The notes under the pieces were generated by a model. The model was not told the DNA's origin and made no database searches. It was given only the letters and a program-made list of their open reading frames with translations. A DNA stretch of 64,000 bases, taken from positions 33,108,001-33,172,000 of the forward strand of contig NC_043007.1 in the NCBI RefSeq assembly GCF_006345805.1, read 5' to 3'. Every line of letters starts with the position of its first letter. Position 1 is the stretch's first letter. Shown piece after piece: positions 52,022 to 63,694 of this stretch. Source of the stretch: Octopus sinensis (taxonomy: Eukaryota). The position numbers and the translations under genes are program-made.

Positions 52022-52652
52022 GTCTGTCTATCTATCTATCTATCGCTATCTATCTATCTATCTGTCTATCTTTTTTCTTTTTTCTTTCTTTTTTTACGAT
52101 CCCTTATGATCGAACTCCCCCCCGCCCCAAGTTCTACGTTGTAATTTGTCCCCTCTGTGTTCAGCCCTGTGTGGTCAATAAAGAAACATATATGTTTATC
52201 TATCTGTCTATCTGTCGGCCAGTCTAATCTTTATTTTTGCTTTCTTTTTTCTTTATCTGTCTTTCTCCCTCTCTCTTGCTTCTTTCTATCTGTCTTTCTC
52301 ACTGTTTACCTATCTATCACTCAGTATATTAAGCTATCAATCTGTCTATCTGCATATCTGTATCTAGCTGTCTGTCTGTCTATTTAAGCCGTCTCTAAAA
52401 TCTCTGGCTATTTATCGTTCTATGCATTCTATCAGTTTATTTGTCTTTCTATCAACCTATCTGTATCTATCTATCTGTCTAAGTATGTATGTATGTATGT
52501 ATGTATGTATGTATGTATGTATGTATCTATCTATCTATCTATCTATCTATCTGTCTGTCTGTCTATCTATCTGCCTATCTCTCCATCCATCTATCTAGCT
52601 AGCTATCTGCTTATCTATCCATCTATCTAGCTAGCTATCTGCTTATCTATCC

Positions 52653-52686
<34 letters not shown>

Positions 52687-53030
52687 ATATATATATTTAT
52701 TTATTTTTCTCTCTGTCTCCCTATCTCTGTCCTTATCTGCCAATACAAAAGATTATGGAACGCTTTAAATGATGACCAGCAAGCAAGCCAACAATCCAAC
52801 AAGCTAATAATCCAGCCAATAAGCCAGTCCGCCAAAGAAATAGTAACGGTAATGTGATTCAGGTGAATCATGAATATCTCTGTGAGCCACAAATGCTTCT
52901 TAATATCTGATACTTCAACTCAGAATTTAGTGGCTTTAATTGATAATTAAAACACAGCGTCGCTCGTTTTGTAAAGGATCGGCCGGTAGTTTTTTATATA
53001 AGGAAGACAACAACAACATTACAATAATAA

Positions 53031-53097
<67 letters not shown>

Positions 53098-53426
53098 AAT
53101 AATAATAATGATGATGATGATGATAATAACAATAATAATAATACATGTGGACGAAACAAGTTTGCTCATATTTATCTGAATTCCAGCAGACTGCGACACT
53201 TTTCTTAAAATATTCGTAAAAGCTGTGCAGATATAAAGGACCTAGGAATAGAGATGATTATTGCTGCTGTTACAGTTGTTATTGTTGTTGTTGTTGTTGT
53301 TGTTGCTGTTGTTGTCGTTGTTGTTGTTGTTGTTGCAGTCAATGCTGTTATAGCTATTACTGACCATTACTACGACGGTGATACTGCGTAGGCTTTGAGT
53401 GCGAGTGGTAGTAGTGTTTTTGACTA

Positions 53427-53898
53427 CACCTCAATTTAGAGCACAGTTTAAGCTATCTTTTCGTGGAAGAAGGTTTATCTTCCTATAACCTGTGTTAATT
53501 CTGTAACCCTTTAAAATGGAAGATAAGAAAGTTCATTTTCGGCACTTGATGCTTTGGGAACCAGACAAAAATTGCTGCGGCTCGGCTGGGATTTGATACC
53601 CCATCCTCCATATTCACCAGATATTGCTCCTTCGGATTTCCACTTGTTCAGGTCTCTTCAGAATAGTCTTAATGGTAAAAATTTTAATTCCTTGGATGAC
53701 GTAAAAAGATACCTTGATGAATTCTTTGCCATGAAACTACCTCAATTCTGGGAAGAGGGCATATTCAAGTTAAAGGAAAGATGGAGACGCATTGTGCAAC
53801 AAAATGTTTCATATTTGGTTGATTAAAAATGTAATGGCAAATATTTATTGACCTTTTCTTTCCTTTAAAAATCGGCACAGACTTTCCAGACAACCCAA
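53427..53898 (+). mobile_element. Mariner deletion derivative (same family as 3870-4435), left end missing
   Basis: HPPYSPDIAPSDFHLF; right TIR aactttccagacaacccaa|TA. Confidence 0.9.
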
Positions 53899-54302
53899 TA
53901 TAACCCACCTGATTATGAGCCATGTCTCATGCGGCCCGCTTCGCTCAAAATGGTTCCCTGTGTGTTGCTTTAATGATTCTAACAGGTCGCCGCCTCAGTC
54001 CAGCTAAATGTAAATAACACAAGAGGTTTTGTTCGATGCTCCGTTGATTCGGAGGGCTAATATTCTGTTGAAGACTTAATGGAAAAGTCAACCTTGATGG
54101 GGACCTGTCTTTGCAGAACGCAAAGAAACAATGAAGACACTAGTGATGAGAAGACGAAGAATGAATAAAGAAAGACAAAGAGAAAGGAAGAAGAAAAGAA
54201 AGAAGGAAAGAAGGAACGAAAAAAGAAAGAACAAACAGAAAACAACAAAGATAAAGATAAACAAGATTAGTGTCATTTAAGTGGAAAGAGACAGGAGAAT
54301 TC

Positions 54303-54344
<42 letters not shown>

Positions 54345-55005
54345 TGTGTGTCTGTGTGTCTGTGTGTCTGTCTATCTGTCTATTTGTCGCTCTCCTTTCT
54401 ATATATATATGCATGTGTATGTGTATGCGTGTATGTATGTATTATATACATACATACATACAGACAGATTATTCAGACATACATACAATAATATACACAC
54501 ACATGCAACTATGCGTATGTATGTATGTATGTATGTATGTATGTATGTATGTATGTACGCATGTATGTATGTATGTATATATTATGTATGTATGTATTTG
54601 TGTGTGTGTGTATGTATGTGTGTATGTGTGTGTGTATGTATGTATGTATGTATGTGTGTATGTATGTATGTATGTATGTATTCATGTATGTATGTATGTA
54701 TGTGTATGTATGTATGTATGTATGCATGTATGTATGTATGTGTGTATGTATGTATGTATGTATGTATGTATCTTTCTTTCTATATCTCTCTTCCTCCGCT
54801 TGCCACATTTTATCTCCTTTATGATATTTCCCACCCCTCTCCCTTTCCGCTTTCTCTCTCTCCCTCTCTCTCTTTCTTTCGCTCTTTCTATATATTTTTC
54901 TCTCTCTCTCTCTCTCTCACTCTCTCTTTCTCTATCTCCCTTTCTCTCTCTCTTTCTTTCTCTCTTTCTCTCTTTTTCTCTCTCTCTCTTTCTCTCTCTT
55001 ACTCA

Positions 55006-55036
<31 letters not shown>

Positions 55037-55084
55037 CCTCTTATTGTCCTTCTTACTCTCTTACACATATGTATGTATACACAC

Positions 55085-55395
55085 ACACACCGGCACCATC
55101 AACACCGCCGCCGTCACCATTTGCACCGCCGCCACCACCATTTGCACCGCCGCCGCCGCCGCCACCATCAGCACCACTACCGCTGCCGCCACCCACCCAC
55201 CACCACCACCAAAACCACTACCAGTACCACCACCTCCCCACCGCCGCCGCCGCAACCGCTAGCACCAGCACCATCACCACCACGTCACCACCGACACCAG
55301 CACCACTAGCACCACCTCCGCCGCCGCCACCGCCGCCATCACCCCCAGCACCAGCAACGCCGCCACTACCAGCAGCACCAGCACCGTTACCACCG
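55085..55395. repeat. (CCA/CCG)n low-complexity tract after GT, TATG and CT microsatellites
   Basis: Direct sequence. Confidence 0.9.
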
Positions 55396-55806
55396 TTTCG
55401 AAAGAACAAATTTGATTGATTGTATCATCAGGACATCGTTCACTTCTGAAATTGTTTCCTGATTACATGGGTTGATTGGGTTAAGCGTGTTTCAAGATAC
55501 GGAGTGTGAGAGTGATGTGAGGGCTAGTTTATCATTCCTCAGCTGAAGGAACATTTCGGGAAAGAGAAAATAAGGAAAAATAATGTAAAAAAGAAAGGAG
55601 AAAAGAAAAAAGATTAACAAATTAAGTAAGAAAATAACTAATATTTTAGATGACTTTCGAATTCATTTTTTGGTACTTTGCGTCGGATTCGAACATGGAG
55701 ATGCGAATCGTTGTGTGACATCAGCCAACGGAATCCGGACTAATGAATCTAACAAAAGCCGAAACTCTTGCTTACTATCTCGACGAATAAACCATTTGTT
55801 AACCTT

Positions 55807-56018
55807 AGTGCTGAAATGAACTTTCTTATCTTCCATTTTAAAGGGTTACAGAATTAACGCAGATTATAGGAACATAAATCTTCTTCCACGGAAAGATAGC
55901 TTAAACTGTGCTCTTAATGGAGGTGTAGTCAAATCCTATTTTATGGACTCAACCATGTTCTAAAATAAGTCGAAATCTAAGCTACTATAAATCGGCACGA
56001 ACTTTCCGAACAACCCAT
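55807..56018 (-). mobile_element. Mariner left-end fragment
   Basis: Matches 4222-4435. Confidence 0.88.
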
Positions 56019-56149
56019 TAGGAATTTTGAACGAAGTGCCTATAAAACTAGTTTTTAAACATCGAATGGCTACAGGGATCTACCAGAATAAAATAGTAAT
56101 GAAAGGGGTCTATAGGTTGATAACCGCTGATTTAGGGTGTTCCACTTGG

Positions 56150-56630
56150 TATTTGTAGCTTCGTGTAGAGCAGTTTGTGACCTCTTGTCGGTACTAAGAT
56201 CTCTGTAGAGTCTAGTTCTATTCATGTAGTAGGCATGATCTACCCACCCCAGGTGACGTTTGATGACAATAACCTCAGCAAGAAAACTTCAGCAAAGCTG
56301 CGTGGAAGCGGTGTTAGACTTGGCATGCAGACCACCATATTACTTGCTTGATATTGCGTTTTTATTCTCTTCTTTCTTTTTATTTTGACATGCACATTTC
56401 GTGTTCATTCCTCTTTTTCCGATTCCTACTCAAAGCTGTTTACAGATCACAGTCATCTCTCGTGGGGAGCGCTTCGCGCTTCGATGTTTGTGAAATAATA
56501 TTAGCTTTGGTCTGCTCGAGGACTGCAACGTTGTTGACATTATGCTTGGGCAGTAAAACATTCTCCAATTTGGTTTGGGATACAAGGTGGGTCTGAGTAG
56601 CAATTTATCATATACTTTCTCTCCAGACGA
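56150..56630 (-). mobile_element. Degenerate RTE-like LINE remnant
   Basis: NVNNVAVLEQTK and EVIVIKRHLGWVDHAYYM resemble RTE C-terminal motifs. Confidence 0.4.
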
Positions 56631-56821
56631 AATCCTAATTCTTCAATTTTACGATCAGTGGTTCCCATCCACTTTTTTTTTTACCTATGGACCTCTTTGA
56701 TTCTTACTTTCCTCTTAATACCTAATAAACATAGGATGTTTTTAAAATATTCATTATATTTTTATAATTAAATGCTATTATATTTTCACTAGCTTAACAC
56801 AACGTTTCGAAATTTCCCCAA

Positions 56822-56867
56822 GACACCTGAAGAAGGCTGGAGGGTATATCAGCCGAAACGTTCTGTT
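56822..56867 (+). ncRNA. Minimal type-I hammerhead motif in a Penelope-like end (56794-56955)
   Basis: gacac-CTGAAGA-a-ggctg..cagcc-GAAA-cg-TT-ctgtt. The inverted 16-mer at 56794-56809 preserves gtgtt. Confidence 0.65.
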
Positions 56868-57512
56868 AACAACAAACAAGATGAGGACAAATATCCGTCG
56901 AATGTAAATAATGTAAATAATGTACTTAATTCCTCATCTCTTAAATATAGAACTGAACCAAAAATATGTCTCTAAAAAAAGTAATAAAAAGGTAAAATGA
57001 CGAAAATGAGAAGGTTCAGAAAATATGAACCCTTAAAAAAAATTTACTGGTAAAAAAATTACAAGTGTTGATTTAAGCAGACTACAACTTCGCATGTTAC
57101 GATGGAAACAGGCTCTAATGGGTCTGTGTCTTTCGATTGGCTAAAATTACACAAAATTTGCGAATTTTAAAAGCTATTAACGTTTTATTTATTAATTTAT
57201 GGCAAAAATGAATTTCGTTTTCATAATTAGCATACAAAACTAAATCAGTACACCAAATTGGAAAATAATTGGAACAGATTAAAAAAAAAAAAAAAATTGT
57301 GACAGCAACAGAAAAGATTCAGAAAGGGGAGATAGCAAGAAAGGAAGAAAGAAAGAAATGTTAAGAAAAAGGTTTAAAAAAATAAAACAAGAGAAAATTA
57401 AACGAAAATAGGTCGAGAAAGAAAACGGGGGGGCGGGGGGCAAGAAAAGAATCAAAACGGAAAAAAATAACAACAGAAAGACAAGTAAATGAAAATGTGA
57501 GAAAGGATAGTA

Positions 57513-57564
<52 letters not shown>

Positions 57565-57581
57565 AAAGAAAGGAAAGAAAA

Positions 57582-57616
<35 letters not shown>

Positions 57617-57923
57617 GAGGAAATAAGAGTGAGAGAATACAAGAAAACAAACTTCCTTAAAAAACAACAAAAGATCGATATGACAGAAAAAACAAAAAAG
57701 AAAAGGAAGATTGATGATGTGATTAGATGATAACAGTAAGGTATGGTTCGATACTGAAATTGTTTTCGGTAATTAGGCATTTTTTTTTTATCTCCTCGCA
57801 ATTCTGTGAGGATCAATTTTGATTGGTTAGATCGACGTTGTTTTCTATTGACAGCTTAAACTCTTTCCGATAGGTTTTGGTTGATTAGAAGATTTTCTTT
57901 GATTGCTGTTGTTGTTCGTTTCT

Positions 57924-57960
<37 letters not shown>

Positions 57961-58119
57961 TTCTCTCTCTTTCTCTCGCTCTCATTCTTTCTCTCTCTCT
58001 CTCTGCTGTGATACGAAGAGGAAGACAATTCTAACAAGAATAATAATAATAATTTCTAAAATAGATAGAAGGTCAAATTGGCTGAGTTTGAACTCACAGC
58101 GTAGATTAAATTTTCAGTC

Positions 58120-58640
58120 CAACTGTTTAGTACAAGTTCTTTGGTTTACTGCAAGGGTTTCTCATTTAGTCCAGTGGCCTCTCCTTTAGTACAAGTCGCT
58201 CTCGTTTAATACACAATCTCGTTTAGTCCATGGGTCTCTCGTTAAGTACATGATTATATCTTCCGTTTTGCGTTTATTGGCAGGCCTTCTTGTTTAGTAT
58301 AAGGTCCTCTCATTTAGCATTTAGCTTCATTATCTGCGCTCGCATTTAGTGGAAAGTCCCCTGGTTTGGTGTAAGGTTCTCTTATTTAATGCAAAGTCCC
58401 CTCGTTTAGTACTGTGCTCTCTCTCTCGTTTAGTGATAGATCCTCCGGTCTAGTTCTAGGGGCTTTAGTTTAGTACGTGGACTTCTAGTTTAGTATATAG
58501 TTTTATCTCCTGTCCTATCGTTTAGTGCGAGGTTGTCTCGTTTAGTACTAGGCTTAGGTTTCCTAACTTAGTACAAAGTCCTTTTCTTTAGAATGAAACT
58601 CACTTTCTTAGTACTATCCTCTATCCTAGAATTTAGTCCA
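58120..58640. repeat. Degenerate ~21-23-bp minisatellite with ctcgtttagtac core
   Basis: About 20 recurrences of tttag at regular spacing. Confidence 0.7.
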
Positions 58641-58799
58641 AGTTGGGATTCACATGGTCCCTGGGGGTCCATATAAGATTTAATTATTAAAATTTATGAG
58701 CAATAAATTGGTTACAGTTCTATTATAAACAAAACAGTTTTAAAAAATGTTATACCTTTATAATAACTAATTATAAAAATAACATAGGATGTTTTAAAT

Positions 58800-59160
58800 A
58801 TTCTTTTCTGTTATAGGCACAAGGCCCGAGATTTTTGGAGAAGGGGCCAGTCGATTAGATCGAGCCCAGTACGGGACTGGTACTTAATTTCGACCTCGAA
58901 AGGCAAAGTAAAGACAGACAAAATACCTATTTCTTTACTACCCACAAGGGGATAAACACAGAGAGGACAAACAAGGACAGACAAACGGATTAAGTCGATT
59001 ATATCGACCCCTGTGCGTAACTGGTACTTATTTGATCGACACCGAAAGGATGAAAGGCAAAGTCGACCTCGGCGGAATTTGAACTCAGAGCGTAACGGCA
59101 GACGAAATACCGCTAGGCATTTCGCCCGGTGTGCTAACGTCTCTGCCAGCTCGCCGCCTT
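58800..59160 (-). mobile_element. SINE family B dimer with two different tails
   Basis: Unit 1 has the Tx1-like tail. The partially deleted unit 2 ends ctccaaaaatctcgggccttgtgcctataacagaaaag. Confidence 0.82.
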
Positions 59161-60417
59161 TCTCTGCATGTTAGTTGAACATCTCTGTGGCAAGTGGAGA
59201 ATTTTAAGTATCTCGGAGCCGCATTCGGGAGTAATGGGAAGCAGGAGGTTGAATTGGATGCTAGGTATGCAAATGCAGACACAGTAATTCGCCAGTTCCA
59301 GCGTTCGATCCTCAGAAGAGGAGAGGTTGGTAAAAATATCCCAACTCATTCTCTTTCATTCGGTGTACGAGCTTATCCTCACCTATGGTCGTGAATTTTG
59401 GGTAATGATCAAAATTGTAAAGTTTCAAATACAAGTCATCGAAATGGGTTTCCTCCGAACGGGGGATCAGGAAATACCTCCATGTTGAACCGCTACGTTT
59501 CCGGATTTAGTGGGCTCATAGCTACGTTACTACGGAAATGTGACTAGACTGTAACAGGAAAGACGGATCTTTTCCTTTTGAACGGCAGACAATTTCTAGT
59601 TAACTAACCATTTCAAAACTTCGTATACTGGTAGAATGTGTCAAAATAAAACATTTTTTTCTCTTGGCTTTCTTGAAAAAATTGTAGTTTGTTTAACGTA
59701 GTTTAATTTTTCGAATTTTAACCAATCCTACTCTCTCTTTTGAACTAAAATCATTTGCTGCGTCTAAAACTGAGACAACATCCTGTAACTAACCCTAAAC
59801 CTCCCCCCTAACCCTAACCCTAACCCTAAATTTTTTTTCTTAATTGTTGAATTAATTTAATTGTTACGCGTGTAAAAACAACTAAAGCAATGGAATTAAA
59901 TTAATTTAACAATTAAGAAAAAAAATAGGGTTAGGATGTTTAGGGGGGATGTTTAGGGTTAGTTACAGGATGTTGTCTCAGTTTTAGACACAGCAAATGA
60001 TTTTAGTTGAAGTGGGGTAATCGATTGGTTAAAATTGCCGAAATGCTCGGATTTCCAGACGAAATATCTTACAAACTATAGAATTTTCCTAATAAAACCA
60101 AGAGAAAATGATGTTTTATAGACACATCCTGAAAGACTCACATGACGAATTCTTCAATCGAAACACCCTGCATGGGACCTGGGGATAAACCAAGAAGGAC
60201 GAATAAATCATAGTCTCAGTGGGTCATTCTGTGGAAACCAGCCGGAAAGTGGAATGAGGGGTGCTTTTGACAGGACCCTGTGGAAGAGGTGTCCGAGGAC
60301 TCTATCCCTATCCACAGCCCTTCCAGGAATAGTGGTTAGAATAAATGGAGGGATTCAGTCAGAACATGGCTCGATCTAGAGTTTTGCTGTTATTTCAAGC
60401 GATTCGAATGACCACGT
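59161..60417 (+). mobile_element. RTE (Rex3/Expander-like) LINE 3' fragment interrupted by a MITE
   Basis: QVENFKYLGAAFGSNGKQEVELDARYANADTVIRQF..PILTYG-like; resumes at ~60131. Confidence 0.75.
59571..60130. mobile_element. Palindromic MITE with (TAACCC)n in its arms
   Basis: 59633-59860 pairs with 59895-60130; taaccctaaccctaaccc at ~59809-59826. Confidence 0.8.
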
Positions 60418-60430
60418 AGAACCACATATT

Positions 60431-60820
60431 GTGGAAGTGGAAGCACTCCGTCGGTAACGACGATGAGGGTTCCGGTTGATCCGATCAACGGAAAAGCCTG
60501 CTCGTGAAATTAACGTGTAAGTGGCTGAGCACTCCACAGACACGTGTACCCTTAACGTAGTTCTCGGGGATATTCAGCGTGACACAGAGAGTGACAAGGC
60601 CGGCCCTTTCAAATACAGGTACATCAGAAACAGGAAGTAAGAGTGAGAAAAAGTTGTGGTGAAAGAGTACAGTAGGGATCACCACCATCCCTACCGGAGC
60701 CTCGTGGAGCTTTAGGTGTTTTCGCTCAATAAACACTCACAACGCCCGGTCTGGGAATCGAAACCGCGATCCTATGACCGCGAGTCCGCTGCCCTAACCA
60801 CTGGGCCTTTGCGCCTCCAC
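60431..60820 (-). mobile_element. SINE family C, full length, tail type 3, 13-bp TSD
   Basis: agaaccacatatt at 60418-60430 and 60821-60833. Confidence 0.92.
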
Positions 60821-61341
60821 AGAACCACATATTATATTCGTTACTAGCCGAAGCTCATAGGAAAAGTTATTTAACTAATACAAATACGATTGATAACATT
60901 AAATCCATAAACAGCAATTATAAGGTATCAATATCTCTATGTTATAAATGGTATAACAAACAACGCTGCGACAATGGACCCGCAACTCGATAAACAACAT
61001 AATTGGCATCAGAATGACTATATTAAATTTCGTTTCTGGTGGCCATTGTTGAAGTCGCCGTCGTTGAAGTTGCCGCCATCGCCACCGCCAGCGCTGCTAC
61101 CAGCGCCGCCAGATTCCAATACCCCCCCCCCGCCGCCGCCCCTCGTAGTCGTTGTGGTTGCTGTTGTTGTTGTTTTTGTTATATAGTTGGGGTTAGTGTT
61201 GGATTCGTTCTTCGCCTTGTTTATAAATTTTTGGTTTTGGATTTTAATTTCTGAAAACATGGCGTCTTTATCTGTATTACTGATTATTTTTTTTTTATTT
61301 ATTTATTTCTTTATTCATTTGTTTGTTCTATGTTTTGTGTA

Positions 61342-61715
61342 TCTCTCTATATATAAACGGCAGTTTGTCTGTGTGTGTTTCTGTGTGTCTGTTTGGTTGT
61401 ACCCTCACCCTGACCACGGCTTTCAACCGATTCTGATGAAACTTGACACACACATAGCCCAATGTCATAATTCAAAACTAACGCAGCGAAAATTTTGAAA
61501 AGTTCCCCCAGTTCTGAAAAAGATCGATAAATTCGACATGGGGTCGACTATCAGAAACACAAACCACAGTCGCAACTCGACCTTTTTAACTATCAAAAAA
61601 AACTTTACCATCATTTTTTTCCCCATTTTTTTGCTATTTTTTGGCTATAAGTCTCTAAAAATGCTTTATAGTTATTTCCCTTACAAACCCGAGCAACGCC
61701 GGGCGATACTGCTAG
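61342..61715 (+). mobile_element. Non-autonomous Helitron-like element
   Basis: A|TC start; 3' hairpin cccgagcaacgccggg then CTAG|T. Confidence 0.75.
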
Positions 61716-62274
61716 TCTGAGTATAAATTAATGTTCCCACATTATTTTTTTCTCCTTTGCTTCTTTGCTTTCTCTCTCTCTCTCTCCCCCTCTCTCACAC
61801 TCTCTCTCTTTCGAAGAGTGGAGGGACATATTTGCGTGGATGCGTGCGTAGGTGTGTTCATACATGCATCATTTTGTTTGTGTTTTGGAATTGTGTGTTT
61901 GTATTCTTGTATATATGTTTACGAATATATATGTGTATTATACAAGTTTATGTATTTACCTATATTTAAGCGTGTACATACACACATACCCTGACGCACA
62001 CGCATGTACTGTTTTGAATTTACAGGAATATGCACATATATACACAAACTCACATACACATAGATGTATCTGTGTAAGAGTAAGCTAGCGAGAGAGAGAG
62101 AGAGACGACAGACAGACAGAGAGAAACAGAGACAAGGAAATACAGGATGTATAAAAATATATAGAAAGAGTGAGAAGAGATGTAATTAAACATCTATACA
62201 ATTATGAATTAAATGCAATTAAATTAAGTACATTCATCTTCGAATGTATTTCATTTAATATATTCTCTCCTTTT

Positions 62275-62497
62275 AGGCAGCGAGCTGGTAGAATGCTAAG
62301 TAGTATTTCATCCGTATTTGCGTCCTGAGTTCAAATGCTGCCGAGGTCGACTTTGCCTTCCATACTTTTTTTTTTTTTTTGGTAGGGGGCGGGGTCGATA
62401 AAATAAGTACCAGTTGAACACTAGGGTCAATGTAATCGATTTTTCTCACACTCCCCGCACTGAAAATCGCTGACCTTATGCCAAAATTTGAAAGCAA
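62275..62497 (+). mobile_element. SINE family B, alternative tail, diverged
   Basis: ggcagcgagctggtagaa..gccgaggtcgactttgcc. Confidence 0.75.
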
Positions 62498-62801
62498 TGT
62501 ATTCACCGTATTTTGTAATTCGTATCCAACACTTCCACCAGCATCCTAGACCTCTCTGCTTCAATTATCAACTCCAGATTTTCCGCATCCGTCTTTGATA
62601 AACCTATTCACTTTCTCTCATAGGACGGTTGCTACAGCACCGGATGAATACGTTGCGACATTTATTTTGTGCTCAAATCCTGACGAGGTTATGACTTTTT
62701 GATTAATTAATTAATTAATTAATTAATTCAATCATTTATTTATTTACTTTTTACTTGTTTCAGTCATTTTACTGTGGTCATGCTGGTGCACCACCTTTAG
62801 T

Positions 62802-62940
62802 CGGTACAAATCTAATATTGGTTGGTACAAGTCTAATATTGGTTGGTACAAATCTAATATTGGTCGGTACAAATCTAATATTGGTTGATACAAACCTAAT
62901 ATTGGTCAGTACAAATCTAATATTGGTTGGTACAAGTCTA
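62802..62940. repeat. 21-bp tandem repeat (ggtacaaatctaatattggtt) x ~6.5, abutting a SINE A tail fragment (62747-62802)
   Basis: Direct sequence. Confidence 0.92.
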
Positions 62941-62944
62941 CACA

Positions 62945-63694
62945 AATCTAAAATTTGTCAGAAAACAATATTTATCTACATTGACATTTCGATCGAGATA
63001 AATTCGCAGCAAACACACTAACAAAAAAAAAAGCACAGTTCCAAGATTTTTTATTTTTGGCAATCAATAAGTTCAAATCCCACCCCTGTCAGGGGAGGGG
63101 CGTAGCTCAATGAAGCCAAAGACGGCTGAAAAAACAGTCCTTTTTTTCCAAAGGAAAAATTATAGGATTGCGTTCCTTTTTTTTTTTTTTTGTTCAAAAG
63201 AATTTCTTCCTCTCAAGAGGAACAACAGTTCAAATCCCACCCCCGTCAAGGAGAGGGGCGCAGCTCAAATAAAGAGCCTAAAACGGTTGAACACAGTTTT
63301 TCTTTATTCAAAAGAAAATTGTAGATTTCCCTTTTTTTTTTCCACAGTTAAAAAATAAATTCCTCGCAATAGGATCAACAGTTCAAATCCTATCCCCATT
63401 TGGGGGTGGGGCGCAGTTCAACAATACCTACAAAGGCTAATTCTTTGTAAAATGCACTCCGTTGAAGAATCCAATCGAATAAACAATTGCCAAATGGCTA
63501 CAGAAATTTCACTGTTCCCCGAAATACCGAGAAATAAAATAATGCAACACAGCCTGCAAACAGGCAACTGTTCACAATAACAATTTTCAACAATAATTTT
63601 CAACAACAGTTTGCAATAAATAACAGGGTTTCAACAATAGAAATGACAACTCACAGAGCGCAAAAAAACACGACCGAAGTCTTCAACCGGAAGT
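62945..63694 (-). mobile_element. Probable Tx1-like LINE 5'UTR with three ~155-bp repeats
   Basis: Composition and end resemble 22200-22625. The motif repeats at 63071, 63228 and 63381. Confidence 0.45.

Noticed and set aside
54281-55419. 342/371-aa ORFs with Pro/His-rich ends (formin- or extensin-like)
   Set aside because: Concatenated GT, TATG, CT and CCA/CCG microsatellites with no domain signal.
59788-59965. Telomere or chromosome-fusion site
   Set aside because: Only a few degenerate hexamers, embedded symmetrically in MITE arms.
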